Shown here: positions 1 through 12,150 of the stretch, one piece after another
How positions within the stretch are numbered: the first letter of the stretch is position 1
How the letters are laid out: every line of letters starts with the position of its first letter
NCBI RefSeq assembly: GCF_001194135.2
Contig: NC_068995.1
Span: forward strand, 24,938,944 to 25,002,943
DNA: 64,000 bases
Direction of reading: 5' to 3'
Source: Octopus bimaculoides
Taxonomy: Eukaryota
Notes under the pieces: model-generated
The model's database searches: none
What the model was told of the DNA's origin: nothing
Seen by the model: the letters and a program-made list of their open reading frames with translations, nothing else
Made by a program: the position numbers and the translations under genes

Positions 1-291
1 ATAGTAACATTGTTTTTGGAGAAATAACAGGTTTCGTATTTTCTTTTCGAATTTCTCAAATTTCTTTACCTATATCGTATCATGTCTTCGCTATGGTGTA
101 AAATATGGAGTTCCAGATAGGGGAAGGTAATCAGGGATTTGTTCCGGTATAAGGGAGATAATCAAAAATGTTGGGTATGACAAGGTTTGATTAATTTGAC
201 ATGATTTGGTTTAGAAGGAATAGAATGTTACAAGTGGTTAGGTTTTGCTTTATATATTTTTCAATGAGGTGAGTTTCCTTATTTAAAAATG

Positions 292-760
292 TTAGAAATG
301 GTTAAGTTTTGGCTTATATTTTTCAATGAAGAAGGTGTCCTTATTTAATCTTACTTGTGTTGGTGTTCCAATGGCACATTGATAGAATGGAAAGATTACA
401 AATTGTGATAGCATTTGTTTTGCACATTTCTCAATATGTTCACTAAAGGGTATCAATCTATATTCTGGGAATGCAATCTGCTGTCGATGCAGAGTGCATC
501 TGCGTCTGAGGGATAATCCTATAGACCCTATGTAGTTTTCGTGGCAGCCCGAGAATCTTATGACATAAATCAGATTTTCTGAAGCACAAGTAAAGTCAGA
601 TTTAACTTTGAATTTTTGTCCCTCTTTGAAGAGGAATTCTGATCCTTCTAGATGGTTTGGGCATGTTGCACAATTTGGTCGACCACATTTTTTCACTTTT
701 GCATCTGTTTTGTGAGGATCTTTTTTAGTGATTTCGGTTGTTTGTAGCTTTTAATGATTT
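292..760 (-). mobile_element. Penelope-like element, C-terminal GIY-YIG endonuclease fragment
   Basis: ORF 292-696 has CGRPNCATC, NLIYVIR..GC...YIG, RRR...H and FIEKYKPKLN: Cys motif plus GIY-YIG pattern typical of PLE endonucleases. Confidence 0.85.
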
Positions 761-880
761 TATGTGTGTGTAAAATTTCCTTTAATTTGGGGTCCTTATG
801 TAGCATTGGTAAATTTTGGGTGATGATGGTGATGAAAACTTCACCATCATCACCCAAAATTTTCTGTTTTNNNNNNNNNN

Positions 881-1391
881 TTTGAAGTTTTCATTTTGGT
901 TCAATCACTGCGAAGAATGTTTTTTTTTTATTATTGTACAGAATCCACTTTTCATCGCAAGTTACAATACTGTCGAGAAATGGATCGGTCTGGTTACAGA
1001 GAAGAAGCGACGAGCAAATTTCATATCTGCACATTTTCTGATTATCATTCAAATCGTGGGGTGCCCATTTGTCGAGATTTTTTGATTTTCCGATCGCATG
1101 CAAATGGATGCAAACAGTTTTCTGGCTAACTTGAAGTTCTTTTGCCAGTTCTCGAGTGATTTTACGTGGATCTTTCTCAATGACGGTCTTTAATTGATTG
1201 TCATCGATGAGAGATGGGTGTCCACTACGCGCACAATCTTCAAGGCTCGGGTCTCCACTGCGAAATCATTTAAACCATTTTCGAGCTGATCACTCACTGG
1301 TCATTTCCTCACCAAACGTTTAAGCTGCTTTACGTCCTTTTTTGAAGTTGAATAGCAAAATTGCTCGAATATCGTGCTTTGACAGTTTCAT
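881..1391 (-). mobile_element. Mariner transposase, 5' half, degenerate
   Basis: From ATG 1391 reads MKLSKHDIRAILLFNFKKG...FRSGDPSLED..RSGHPS...WAPHDL...IVTCDEKWILYNN (WVPHEL-like motif and first catalytic D), with stops. Confidence 0.85.
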
Positions 1392-1411
1392 TTCAGATTA
1401 TTGTAACAACG

Positions 1412-1839
1412 TTTTCTTTATTGCCTACAGGGGGCCAATCATAGAGCGACGGTACAAATGAGCCCGATTCCAGTGCTTCGTCTAGGGCCCTGACTAAAGC
1501 CCTTTCTACTCTATTTTTCTTAGCCACTAACTCTTTACCTAATAGGCTCAAATTTTATGGCTCTTTTGAGGGCATACCACCATATTTTACAATTCAATTG
1601 GCGATTTATCCATGTTTTGTGTCTTTTTTCCACAAAATATAACAATATTTTCCCCCTTCACACAAGGGAGGAAACGATAGCAAAAGACTGCCTCAGGCAG
1701 AAAAATAGGGTGTTTTACAAAAAACACTAAACAACCACGTAACAATCCAACAGTATAACTTCAACAAATATTACAAACTTACGCCTAACTTTTCGAACAA
1801 CGCACAAACAACATTCACGAACAAGTCGGTCCAGATGAC
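1412..1839 (-). mobile_element. About 430-bp non-coding retroelement carrying a Tx1-type 3' tail
   Basis: Flanked by direct repeat tgtaacaacg (1402-1411 and 1840-1849); ends in ...ctctatgattggccccctgtaggcaataaagaaa, matching the tail of the adjacent element. Confidence 0.45.
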
Positions 1840-1849
1840 TGTAACAACG

Positions 1850-3500
1850 ATTTCTTTATTGCCTACAGGGGGCTAAACATAGAGGGACAGTACAAAGATG
1901 GACAGAAACACAACAATGGGAGGAAAATAAAACGGATGAGAAGGATGGTATAAAAATGAATGGATGAAATGGAGGTCACTCGGGCCCCACAATCCAAGTG
2001 ACCTTATTGAAACTTTTTAAAAACAATTAATCACTTAAAATCACTCAATATGTCTATGTTAAATTCTTTTAAAAGTTCATGATAGCTTACCGTTGACTGC
2101 ATTGCCCTGGTATTAATTTCCATTTGTGAGATAACAACATTTGTCCCATAATCCTCACTTAATCTTTGTGAGTTCTTTCTGTTCATAAATACACATTTAA
2201 TATGCAAAGGCACTCCCTCACACCCATTAATATCGACTTTTATCACCTCGTCCAGATTGTTTATGTCTTCGCACAACTCACCGAATGACTCATTGGAGAA
2301 AGCAATGCAACTTTTTTCACAGGGTGGGAGTTGGGAAATTTGGGGCTACTGTATTTTTGTAGCTATAGTATCAGTGTCTGGCGGGGTAGGGTGAGGGTTG
2401 GGCGGATTGGGGTCGGGTGGGAGTAGGATGGGAGGAAACATCAACACCTTGAGTTCTTTTCTTTTTTCTCTTTTTCCGGTTTACCATCTTCCATTCTTCT
2501 GTTTTCTCTTCCTCCATATGTGTCTCTTTGCCATTCGCCTTGCCGGGCTCCTCAACACTCCCCCCTGTATCACTTGTAATTTCAGGAGGTGGAGGTGCGC
2601 TTTTTCTTCGGGCTTGTAGTACTGTTGGTGTCTTTGTGGTCTGCGGAGAACACTCCGCTCTTATGTGGCCTTTCAGGCCACATTTATAACATCGGGGCTT
2701 CTTGCCCTCTTAATACCACCTCTTCGCCCACCGTTATGGTGTCGACCATTCTTTCAAGGTCCTCCGGTGAAGCCTGGATGATTATCTCTAAGGTCTACCC
2801 TTATCAATTCTTCGGTGGCGTTCACGTTACTTGGAGGACCTCTATCTTCTCTTCTACATCCAGCAGTACTGCAGCCACCAGCTAGGCGACATCTACCTCC
2901 GGTTTAATCTCTTCCACCCTTACCCTGGAAGCACGTCTTCCAAGATAAGTAGGCAGAAGTATTGCCTCGTCTGTTTTCAGAGAGGCGACCGAATGTTGCC
3001 TGGCCTTCCCCTCGGATGCAAATCGCATCTCCAGAGTTGCGTATTTCCTCCCTCTGGCAAGGTAGGTGACATCCTGCCAGATGGAAGTCAAAGTCTTCTC
3101 TACTTGTAGTTTTGTCATTATCTCCATTCTCTTTGCATCCAGACTATACGTTCTATGTATTATTGTCTTTTTTGCGTGTCCTTTCTAACTTCACTAGGAG
3201 GGGGTCACTTTTACTTCGTTCCACTCCCTTCGCAGGATTTCCATGTACTTGTTCAACTCCGCCTTTTTAAAACAAATCTCTCCTCTTGTTTCACCAGTCG
3301 CAACTGCAAAGTTCATTTTTTTTTTCATCTTCAGTTTTTCCATCTTCTGGTCTGCAATATCCAAACTTCTCAGTAATTCTTCTTCAGACGTCGTTACGTC
3401 TGAAGAATTCAAATCTTCATACATCATGAAGACACAAATAACGCGCTTCCCCCTTCAAACAAGGAGGACAGCGTTAACAAAACTACCGTCTCAAGACATC
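1850..3500 (-). mobile_element. Tx1/L1-like ORF1 (gag-like, CCHC knuckle) joined to a LINE 3' tail, no ORF2
   Basis: Frameshifted ORF1 pieces at 3194-3427 and 2882-3127, then EGKKPRCYKCGLKGHIRAECSP near 2650-2710; 3' end ...ccctctatgtttagccccctgtaggcaataaagaaat; no endonuclease or RT motifs seen between. Confidence 0.65.
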
Positions 3501-3559
3501 AGGTAATAGGCATTTTCTCTTCACCCTTATTTTCCTCTTAAGGTGGTACATGGATCTAT

Positions 3560-4200
3560 ACCGGATATGAATGTTTCTTTTAATGTTGCATATCCTTGTT
3601 TATCAATTAAGATGCATTTTGTCTGATGCGTAATCTTTAGGTAGTTTGACTCTAATAATGTTTCTAATTTTGTAATTTTTTTTTCTATGGATGTACTTTT
3701 TCTGTGTTGTGTGTCTACATGTGAATGCTTGGTGTGAGATTCTGAGTAGTTTTTATGAGGGGATGATAGCAGTGATGTGTGCTGTGTGGGTGCGTTGTTC
3801 TCTAGGGTTGTCTGTATTTCGTTTGTCTGGTATGTGTCTTGTCTTTGTGAGCAACTCTTCTGTTTATTTCACATTGTTGTGTGCTTTTTGGTGGTGTATT
3901 GGTTCGTTCTCTTTTCCTTGTTACTTCAATGTAGTCCTTTTCGGAATATTCTTGGAATGTTCGTTTTAACTCCGTCGCTTCTTGGGTCCGTTCCGTTACC
4001 TTCGCGGTTCTCTCAAGCTCGCTTTGGCTCTCAGCTGCGTCCCTCTGTTCTTTTTGTGCATTTTGGGGACACTTCCTTTTGATGTACCCCTTCTGGCCGC
4101 AACAATAGCAGGTGGGAGGTCTCGCTTCCACTGTCACCGTCGTTTTATATCGTCCGGCAACTCGATAATTTCGGGGACCTCATTTAGGTCCTTATTGTTT
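3560..4200 (-). mobile_element. Second Tx1/L1-like ORF1 fragment
   Basis: ORF 3802-4137 VEARPPTCYCCGQKGYIKRKCPQ is a degenerate CCHC knuckle resembling that at 2650-2710. Confidence 0.6.
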
Positions 4201-4224
4201 TGTCCTTATTTTCATATATGACAT

Positions 4225-5250
4225 ATAAACATTGTTTATTCTTAATTTTACAACTTTGATAATTAGTGGTGAAGAAATTGTAATTAGAGCCATTTTACAC
4301 TACCTGTGCTTAAAAAGAGGACAGATTACAAGGGCAGCGGCATAAGAAATCGATGATGTGGGACGTATAGTATAGTACAAAACAGGTTCAGACGTTTCAA
4401 AAATGGTGACACCAATCTCGAAGACAAGCCAACGTCAGAGAGATCTTCTAATGTGGAAGATGAAGCCTTGCTTAAAATAGGTGAACAACAGCCAAGCACA
4501 AGCACTCGTACATAGTCGACAAAACTTAGTCATTCACGAAGCACCATCAATCGACGCCTCCATAAGCTCGGTCTTGTGAACAGTCGCTGTCGAGAGGCTC
4601 CTCACTGACTGACCAATGACCAAGCTCAACTACATGTGAACTTATCCAAACAACTACTGGCAAATCTTCATGATGCCTGTTTTTGGCGACGGATTGCAAC
4701 TGGGAATGAAAAGTAGATCTATTTTCGTAATTCTAATAAGAGAAATCAGTGGCTTCCTTCCGGACAGGCTTCAGAACCTGTTGTCAAGTAAAGGCGATTT
4801 GTACAGAAGGTCATATATGTGTTTGGGGGGATTTCGAGAATGTTGCACTTTGAGCTTGTTCCAGATGTTCATACTGGGAATGTTAACCTTTATGTGCAAC
4901 AAGAACAATGAGCATATGATGCTTTGAAAGTCTGTTACTCGACAATGGTTAATCGAAGATAAACATGACAATTCCCCAGCACACACTGTCAATATGACCA
5001 AACGCAAGCTGGAGGAAGTTGATGGGCTGGAAGTGTGCCTCTTCCTATCCACAATCCAGACCTTGCACCATCAGATTACCATCTTTTCTGAGTAATGTCT
5101 CATTTCCTGTGCGGACAGAGGCTCAGCAGAGAGGATGAAGTTGAAAACGGGTACAAGGAGTTTTTTGCCTCCAAACTAGCTAAATAGCGAAAATGTGGAA
5201 TTGAGCTTGTTGCACAACGATAACAGCAGACAATAGAGTTGTGATTAGAC
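4225..5250 (+). mobile_element. Mariner element, near-complete degenerate transposase
   Basis: FQNGDTNLEDKP (HTH region), RRIATGNEK (first D region) and PDLAPSDYHLF near 5055-5090 (YSPDLAPSDYHLF motif); many stops and frameshifts. Confidence 0.8.
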
Positions 5251-5845
5251 ATATTTTAACAAATGAACGCTTTTCGTATGTAATTTACTTGAACTATTAA
5301 AGCTTGAAAAACGAAAAACTTTTGACTCAACCTGGTATTTGAGAATCTGGAAGTATATATATAGATGGTGTATAAAACAAAACGAGAAGGATTTATTGCA
5401 GAAGTAAAAAAACATAATCTCATTGTATTTTGCATTAGTAAAATCTGTGCTAAACCTTATTTTAAGTGACAATATACATACAAGTCCTTTGTTAACTTCA
5501 TTGGTGACAATGAAACACGACAATGTTAGGTTCGGAACTCTTTTCGGTTTTATGAGACCTTATCAAATCAAAATCATATGATTTTTTAAATTTTCAATGT
5601 AAAACTTAATCATTATATAATATATGACAAAAAATCCAAACATTTCTTAAAGCTAACTAAATTAGAATTTTTTGATAAATACAGGATTAACATGAATCAA
5701 TTACATCAACTGAAAAATATGGATTTACTGGCTTTAAGAAACATGATCTCATGCTAAAACTAGTTTTCTAATTTGACATGGTGAAATAGTTTAGCTGCAT
5801 CTAACCTAAGGAGCTACAAGTGGAAGTAGTATTTTTACATGTTAA

Positions 5846-6056
5846 GGCGGCGAACTAACAGACTCATTAGCACGCTGGATGGAATGCTTAGCAGCATTTC
5901 GTCCGCCTTTACGTTCTGAATTCAGATTCCGCCGAGGTTGACTTTGCCTTTCACCCTTTTGGGGTAGATAAAATAAGTACCAGTTGAGTACTGGAGTCAA
6001 TGTAATCATCTTATCCTCTTCCCCGAACTTGCTGGCCTTGTGCCAAAATTAAAAAC
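5846..6056 (+). mobile_element. tRNA-type SINE family 1 (GGCGGCGAGCTGGCAG head), tail variant B
   Basis: Shared head, B-box-like gttcaaattcc/attcagattcc, core gactttgcctttcatcctttcggggtcgataaaataagtaccag, tail ggccttgtgccaaaa; about 15 copies in the window. Confidence 0.8.
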
Positions 6057-6100
6057 TAATACTTTAACGTGTTTATTTGATGCAAGAAAGATTTCATTAA

Positions 6101-6334
6101 GGAAGGTGGCGAGCTGGCAGAAACGTTAGCACGCCGGGCGAAATGCTTAGTGGTATTTCGTCTGCCGCTACGTTCTGAGTTCAAATTCCGCCGAGGTCGA
6201 CTTTGCCTTTCATCCTTTCGGGGTCGATTAAATAAGTACCAGTTACGCACTGGGGCCGATGTAATCGACTTAACCCGTTTGTCTGTCCTTGTTTGTCCCC
6301 TCTGTGTTTAGCCCCTTGTGGGCAGTAAAGAATT
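6101..6334 (+). mobile_element. SINE family 1, tail variant A, with 17-bp TSD
   Basis: Full-length copy; aagaaagatttcattaa repeated at 6084-6100 and 6335-6351. Confidence 0.9.
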
Positions 6335-6629
6335 AAGAAAGATTTCATTAAATATAAAAAACATGTAATAGAATGAATACTGCCGCCCACAACAATATGC
6401 ACAACAAGGGTTTCTTGTTTCTCAACCACTTATTGTTATGTATCCACCTTCTACCAAAGCCACGTTAAGAAGCCTTTAAGATCCTTAATAACGGATCTCC
6501 ATTTGGAAAACGGTCTCAAGTTGCAGAAACCAATGTTGACATTAAATATTCAAATGCTATCAGGTTAAAAGAAGTCATTAAAGGCTCAGTTAGCACTTGT
6601 ATTCTTTTAATACTTATAATTACCTTTAA

Positions 6630-6835
6630 GGCAGCGAGCTAGCAGAATCGTTAGCACGCCAGAACAAATGCTTAGCGGCATTTTGTCCAACTTCACGTTC
6701 CGGGCTCAAATTCCGTCAAGGTCGACTTTTCTTTTCATCCATTGGGATCGGTGAAATAAGCGCCAATTGAACAATGAGATCGCTGTAATCGACCTGCCCC
6801 GAAATTGCTGGCCTTGTGCCAAAATGTTAAATCGA
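6630..6835 (+). mobile_element. SINE family 1, tail variant B
   Basis: Same head, core and tail motifs as the 5846 copy. Confidence 0.75.
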
Positions 6836-7129
6836 TATTTATAATTACGTTTTCATAATAAATTCAATTACATTTTTAATTACATTTAATTACTGTATGG
6901 TTAATCACTTTTTCTTTATTGTGCCCTCGTTATATTATACATAATTCTTTACGGTTCTCCACCTCCCGGTGTAGATAGTTCCTCAAAAAAATAATAAATC
7001 ACTGAACGGGTTAGTTTCTAGGGCAGTGAACAATGATAAAGTGTATTCAGGCTGCAGGTAGAATGATGAGTTGAAGACTTCGAGGAGTTCTTGTTTATTC
7101 CATTTATCCTACTGTGAGTTATCAAAATC

Positions 7130-7290
7130 CTATCTCGTTTATCGATTAGTCATTGGACTGCAGCCATCCTAGGGCGTCACCTTTAAAGTGGATAAATCGA
7201 TCCCAGTAATAATTTGTAACAGCCTGGTACTTATTCCATCGTTAGCTTTTGCCGAACCGCTACGCTGGCCGAGGTATTAACTCTGTCATA
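7130..7290 (-). mobile_element. SINE family 2, partial 3' part
   Basis: Matches the 9050-9420 family (gccatcctagggcgtcacc; ttttgccgaaccgcta). Confidence 0.55.
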
Positions 7291-9049
7291 AACAACTCAG
7301 AAAGGTAAAGGGATGTAACAAATACTACGAGGCGTTTTGTCCTACGTTCTAATTGCTCCCTGTTTTCTTTTAAAAGAAGAGACAGCCATCAATATCCGTA
7401 CTTTATACAGGCGCAGATTTGTGCATGAATACAAACACGTGCGCGCGCGTATGTGTGCGTGCGCGCATTTGTAAGCAAGCTGTTAGTGACTTATACAGCC
7501 ATAACACGGAGTTTCAATGGCACAAAAACACGCTTCTAATGGATTAAATGTCCATTTACTCGTATATATTATCGATTAAACACGTGTTTGTGTGTTTATA
7601 AAGCTCCGAGTAACGTATGTCTCCAACTGCCCGCTTACTCATATAAAGTCAGTGTATTGATAGCTAATTTCTTTCGTCTCTTCACACGTGAACATTCTAG
7701 ATTCTGATTTTGATATTGTAAATGCTTATAACCGCAAGTGCGAAAATTGACATAATACAAAAAAGAATTTATAATTTTGCAAAGTCTGGTTAATACAAAA
7801 TTTTAATTTCCTATTCAATTGCGAAATTATTTTGACGATTTCAGTTTTAACAAGAGATCATATCGATTCAATCAATTTTCATTGCCCAGCTTGTAAGAAA
7901 TGATAAGCATCTTGTGTTTAGATGTATTATAAATTTCAATATCCTTTACCTAATTCTTGTTGGAATCGATAATTTATTCTCCAATATATGCGAAATGTTC
8001 ATGTCTTAACTAGCAATTTTTATAATCCTTATAAAGCCATTTTTTCAATTTTAATGACGCCATAATTAAGGACTTTTAATAATCACAAACCTATCAGAAT
8101 TATTAGTTCTGAACTCCTGGACCTGTCAGAAATAACAATTCTGATAGCATTGGGCGTGTAAAATGTTTAAGCCACTGAATTTAGCGAAATGGATAACTTT
8201 GAGGACAACAGTTATTCCAAAAGTTCTCAGTTTATAAAACCGTGCACTCTGAAATTATTGGATATTATGGACAACTTAAACATATCACCACTTACAACTT
8301 CACGCAGCTCTTTCAAAATAGATAATTTTTCATGATATATTAAAGTGTATGTATCTAAGAATACTTATAATCGATAAATTTTATGAAAGTAGACATTTCA
8401 GAATTGAAAATTTTTGAGAACTCAGGAGTGGATCTGACCATGGGCGAAGGGTCGATGTATGAAACGCATGCACTGCATACCTTACTATTTTTCCACGATA
8501 AATAATTTTTGTGTAATATATAATATTTGCCTAATATATAATTGATTATTGATAATTTTCACTAGATTCATTGTAGTCATATTCACTTGTATTTCGCATT
8601 CCTTTATTTCTTAGTATAAAGTGGTCAACAGAAAGAAAAGGAAAGGGAAGCAAATTTTTTACTGCTTGATTTCAGTCATAGTAAGAGCAGTGATGTTATT
8701 TTCTTTGTATTCTATTATTATTTTCGAGAATGGGGCGACAAAAAGAGGGACAAAAAAAAAAGAAATGAGTGAGTGATTAAGAAAGCGAAAGACAGAGAAA
8801 GATTTTATTACTGTTTGCCTTCCAACCGTGTTAAGCCAGTAGACACATTAACAATATTTTTCTGACGTTTTTAACTGTCTTGAGCAGCAGAAATCAAAAA
8901 CTTACCTATTCAGAGGACTTTCATGAGGCTTTCCTCATAGTCGGACAGTTTAGACGAGAAATGCATATTTAGTCAATTTGCAAGTTTGTTTCATTGCTTT
9001 CTGATATATTTCGTACGATTATTCGGAACCGAAGAGTACACATTTTATC

Positions 9050-9420
9050 TTTTATCTTCTACTTGTTTCAATCAGTAGATTGTCGCCATGCTGGGGCACC
9101 ACCTTCAATAATCTTTAGTCTAATGAATCTATCCCAGTACTATTTATAAAGCTTGGTGCTTATTCTTTTGGCCTCTCGTGCTGAACTGCTATGTTACGGG
9201 AACGTAAACACAGCAACGCCGGTTGTCAAGCGTTGGTGAAGGACACACACACAGATATATATATATATATATACGACTGTCTTTTTTTTTCAGTTTCCTT
9301 CTATGAAATCCACTTACAAGGTTTTAGTCGGTCCAAGGTTATAGTAGAAGACACTAGTAGAAGATTGGACCTAGAACCATGTGGTTGGGAAGCAAATTTC
9401 TTGCACACAACCGTGTTTGC
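9050..9420 (-). mobile_element. SINE family 2 (tRNA head, CORE-like centre, internal TA/TG microsatellite)
   Basis: Minus strand begins gttgtgtgcaagaaatttgcttcccaaccacatggttctagg; related copies at 7130, 13030, 17805, 41160 and 41480; the 41480 copy has cttgggaaagtgtcatctactatag, resembling the CORE domain known from octopus OR2 SINEs (recollection). Confidence 0.75.
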
Positions 9421-9960
9421 TTTCTAAAAAGATCAGTCACGTGACCCCAAAGTTCTCTTGACTATTTCACACATGGAGCGAAAAGAANNNNNNNNNNNNN
9501 NNNNNNNNNNNNNNNNNNNNNNNNNNNNNNNNNNNNNNNNNNNNNNNNNNNNNNNNNNNNNNNNNNNNNNNNNNNNNNNNNNNNNNNNNNNNNNNNNNNN
9601 NNNNNNNNNNNNNNNNNNNNCATGCCAATTCTTTAAATTTAATTTTAAATATTTAAAGTTATTTCAGAAAGTTTACGTAAAAATGCAAACTAGTATAGGA
9701 AAGTGGTTATACACCATTAGGTGTACACCCGCTTTCCCATATTAAATCTGTAGAAACAACGTAACGCAGACTCCGAACTATCAACGCAACAATATTTATT
9801 TACAGAGGAAAATAGGCATGGTTGCTGAGACGTTGGAATGTTGGAATGAGCTGTCCCCAGAGTTGGAATGCTGGAGAGACAGCTTGACACGTCCATGCTC
9901 ATGGCCGGCTGGCCGAGAAAGAGAATGAAAAGAGCGGGAACGTTTTAGATGTTGAATTCC

Positions 9961-10067
9961 ACGCATGCGCATGGGACTCTTCCTGTGTTCCTTCCGGAAC
10001 TATTCCCTGCGCATGCGTAGATGAAAACGCAGTAATGGCGACTGTATTTTGGCGCCAAATGACGTCA
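9961..10067 (+). promoter_or_regulatory. Housekeeping/cell-cycle-type promoter motif cluster
   Basis: NRF1-like GCGCATGCG twice (9961-9971, 10008-10018), ETS cttccgg 9991-9997, YY1 aatggcg 10034-10040, palindromic E2F tttggcgccaaa 10048-10059, CRE tgacgtca 10060-10067. Confidence 0.55.
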
Positions 10068-10165
10068 CTACACTAGCATTTAAATCATCTATTAGCATAA
10101 AGCTTCGATTCATTTTAAAAGATTATAACTCAATCGAATTTCTCATACTCTCAATCACCCCAAGG

Positions 10166-10222
10166 ATGGCAAAAGGGTCAATTAGTTCAGTTTTCTCTCT
10201 ACTTTCCCCAACTTTGAAACAG
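10166..10222 (+). CDS. Candidate first coding exon of an unidentified gene (MAKGSISSVFSLLSPTLKQ)
   Basis: aggATGG context 100 bp after the promoter cluster; ends at consensus donor CAG|GTAAGA; no homology recognised. Confidence 0.25.
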
Positions 10223-11695
10223 GTAAGAAGAATATTATCATTCTCGGAAAAGAGAAACCAAAGCTTAAGCTGAAAATCAAAACCGAAGTAAGCAGCAAGG
10301 AATGTCATCGTTATTTCGAATAGTCTGAGTGAATTACGAAGTGACCCATTTTGAACAATTTTTTCTCTTTCCCATGTCTGTTTAGTTTGTCAGTATAAGA
10401 ACACATTTTCTTAGTTTTGAAGTGATATTGAAAACGACTATCTCTTTCAAGTGATATTCAAAACGAAATCATTTAATTGTATAGCTGTTACAAGTGAAGG
10501 TATAATTAAGTCAATGATCGAAAAAAAAAAACCCCAGCATTTATTGCTGTTGTGATTGGTGAAATCTTAACTGTCACAGGTTTTGCGATTTGTTGATGAG
10601 AAGGAAAGGCTTCAAGAAAGGTTTAGGGGATCAGTCGATGTCAGTAAAGAGAGAAAAGCTGCATTACTGACATTGCTATACACATTCACTTAAATTGGTA
10701 CTCTCTCAATTAGCTTCAAAAGTTCATGAATGTCGAAGTTTCTTCCAAACTTTAAAAAGAATTTCGACTTTTTCTCAAAGTCGACGGTTTGAATAGCCCC
10801 TACTGGATGAAATTGTTGCAAGATGTTTTCCAAAGTTATATATGTTTCACGTGTCTTACTAACTACTTCAAAATGGCGCATCGTAAAGGGGAATTATTTT
10901 CATTTTCAGACTCCCCATATCTCAAAGCATATATACTACACTTTTCACGGAAAACGGGGGACAACGAAACACTCAGAAATCCCCCCACCACCACCGCAAT
11001 CTCTGTGGGCGGGGTGGGACAGACTGCCCTAGTTTCCTAGTCACCCTTCGCCACTGGATCTGACAACTTATTAATTTAGTGGAACGTTTTTAAATCGCAA
11101 AATTCTGATGACACGTGGTATTCTAGGTTGTAATTTCTGATAACCCCGGTTCTGCCAGAATGTTTAATCCTGGTGGCCCAAGAAATAACAGAATTGATTG
11201 CTTTGATGACTTGGACGATATAGAAATTTAAATTCTGGTGGGCACCAAATTGATCAGAATCAGTATTTTATCATATCAGATTTGAAAATTTTACTGGAAC
11301 TGGAACGAATAAAATATATAACTTCGATGACTGCAGTTATGATAAAATTGAGAATTCTGATGACCCCGGATTTACCAGAATTATCAATTTAAATAACTGA
11401 AGAATTATCAGAATTGTTAATTTTTACAAATTTAGTCATATCTAACGTATCAGAATCTGTGACTCNNNNNNNNNNNNNNNNNNNNNNNNNNNNNNNNNNN
11501 NNNNNNNNNNNNNNNNNNNNNNNNNNNNNNNNNNNNNNNNNNNNNNNNNNNNNNNNNNNNNNNNNNNNNNNNNNNNNNNNNNNNNNNNNNNNNNNNNNNN
11601 NNNNNNNNNNNNNNNNNNNNNNNNNNNNNNNNNNNNNNNNNNNNNNNNNNNNNNNNNNNNNNNNNNNNNNNNNNNNNNNNNNNNNNNNNNNNNNN

Positions 11696-11739
<44 letters not shown>

Positions 11740-11740
11740 G

Positions 11741-11771
<31 letters not shown>

Positions 11772-12150
11772 GATGTGTGTGTGTGTGTGTGAGTATGCTT
11801 GTGCGTTTGCATATTTACGGCGGTACAGAATTCATCATTTGGCTAATAGGTGAAAATAAAGGATTGCATACTGGAATCATGAGATTTAAAATTCAAATAA
11901 GTGTTCACAGCGGTGTAAATTAATGATATGGTCATGGTGTGCTAGAATGTTATTCAAACACAATACGTAGATTGTTGAGTCAGGTGTAGAGGGGAATCCA
12001 TCATATTAGAATTATAAGTTACATTGCTGGTGCAATTGTGGTCAGAAGTGTCGTCGATAGCTGAGGATGCTGTTATTAGAAGCAACGGTTGAATAATAAA
12101 AAGAAATAATAAAAAGGTGTAAGTGCCCAAAAGATACAAAATGATGTTAC

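Noticed and set aside
10690-10881. 63-aa minus-strand ORF MRHFEVV...
   Set aside because: No splice context or homology recognised; not a MYND/SET continuation.
11954-12139. Signal-peptide-like ORF (YLLGTYTFLLFLFIIQ...)
   Set aside because: Starts at TTG after a stop; the hydrophobicity comes from the T-rich intron following the SMYD-like donor.
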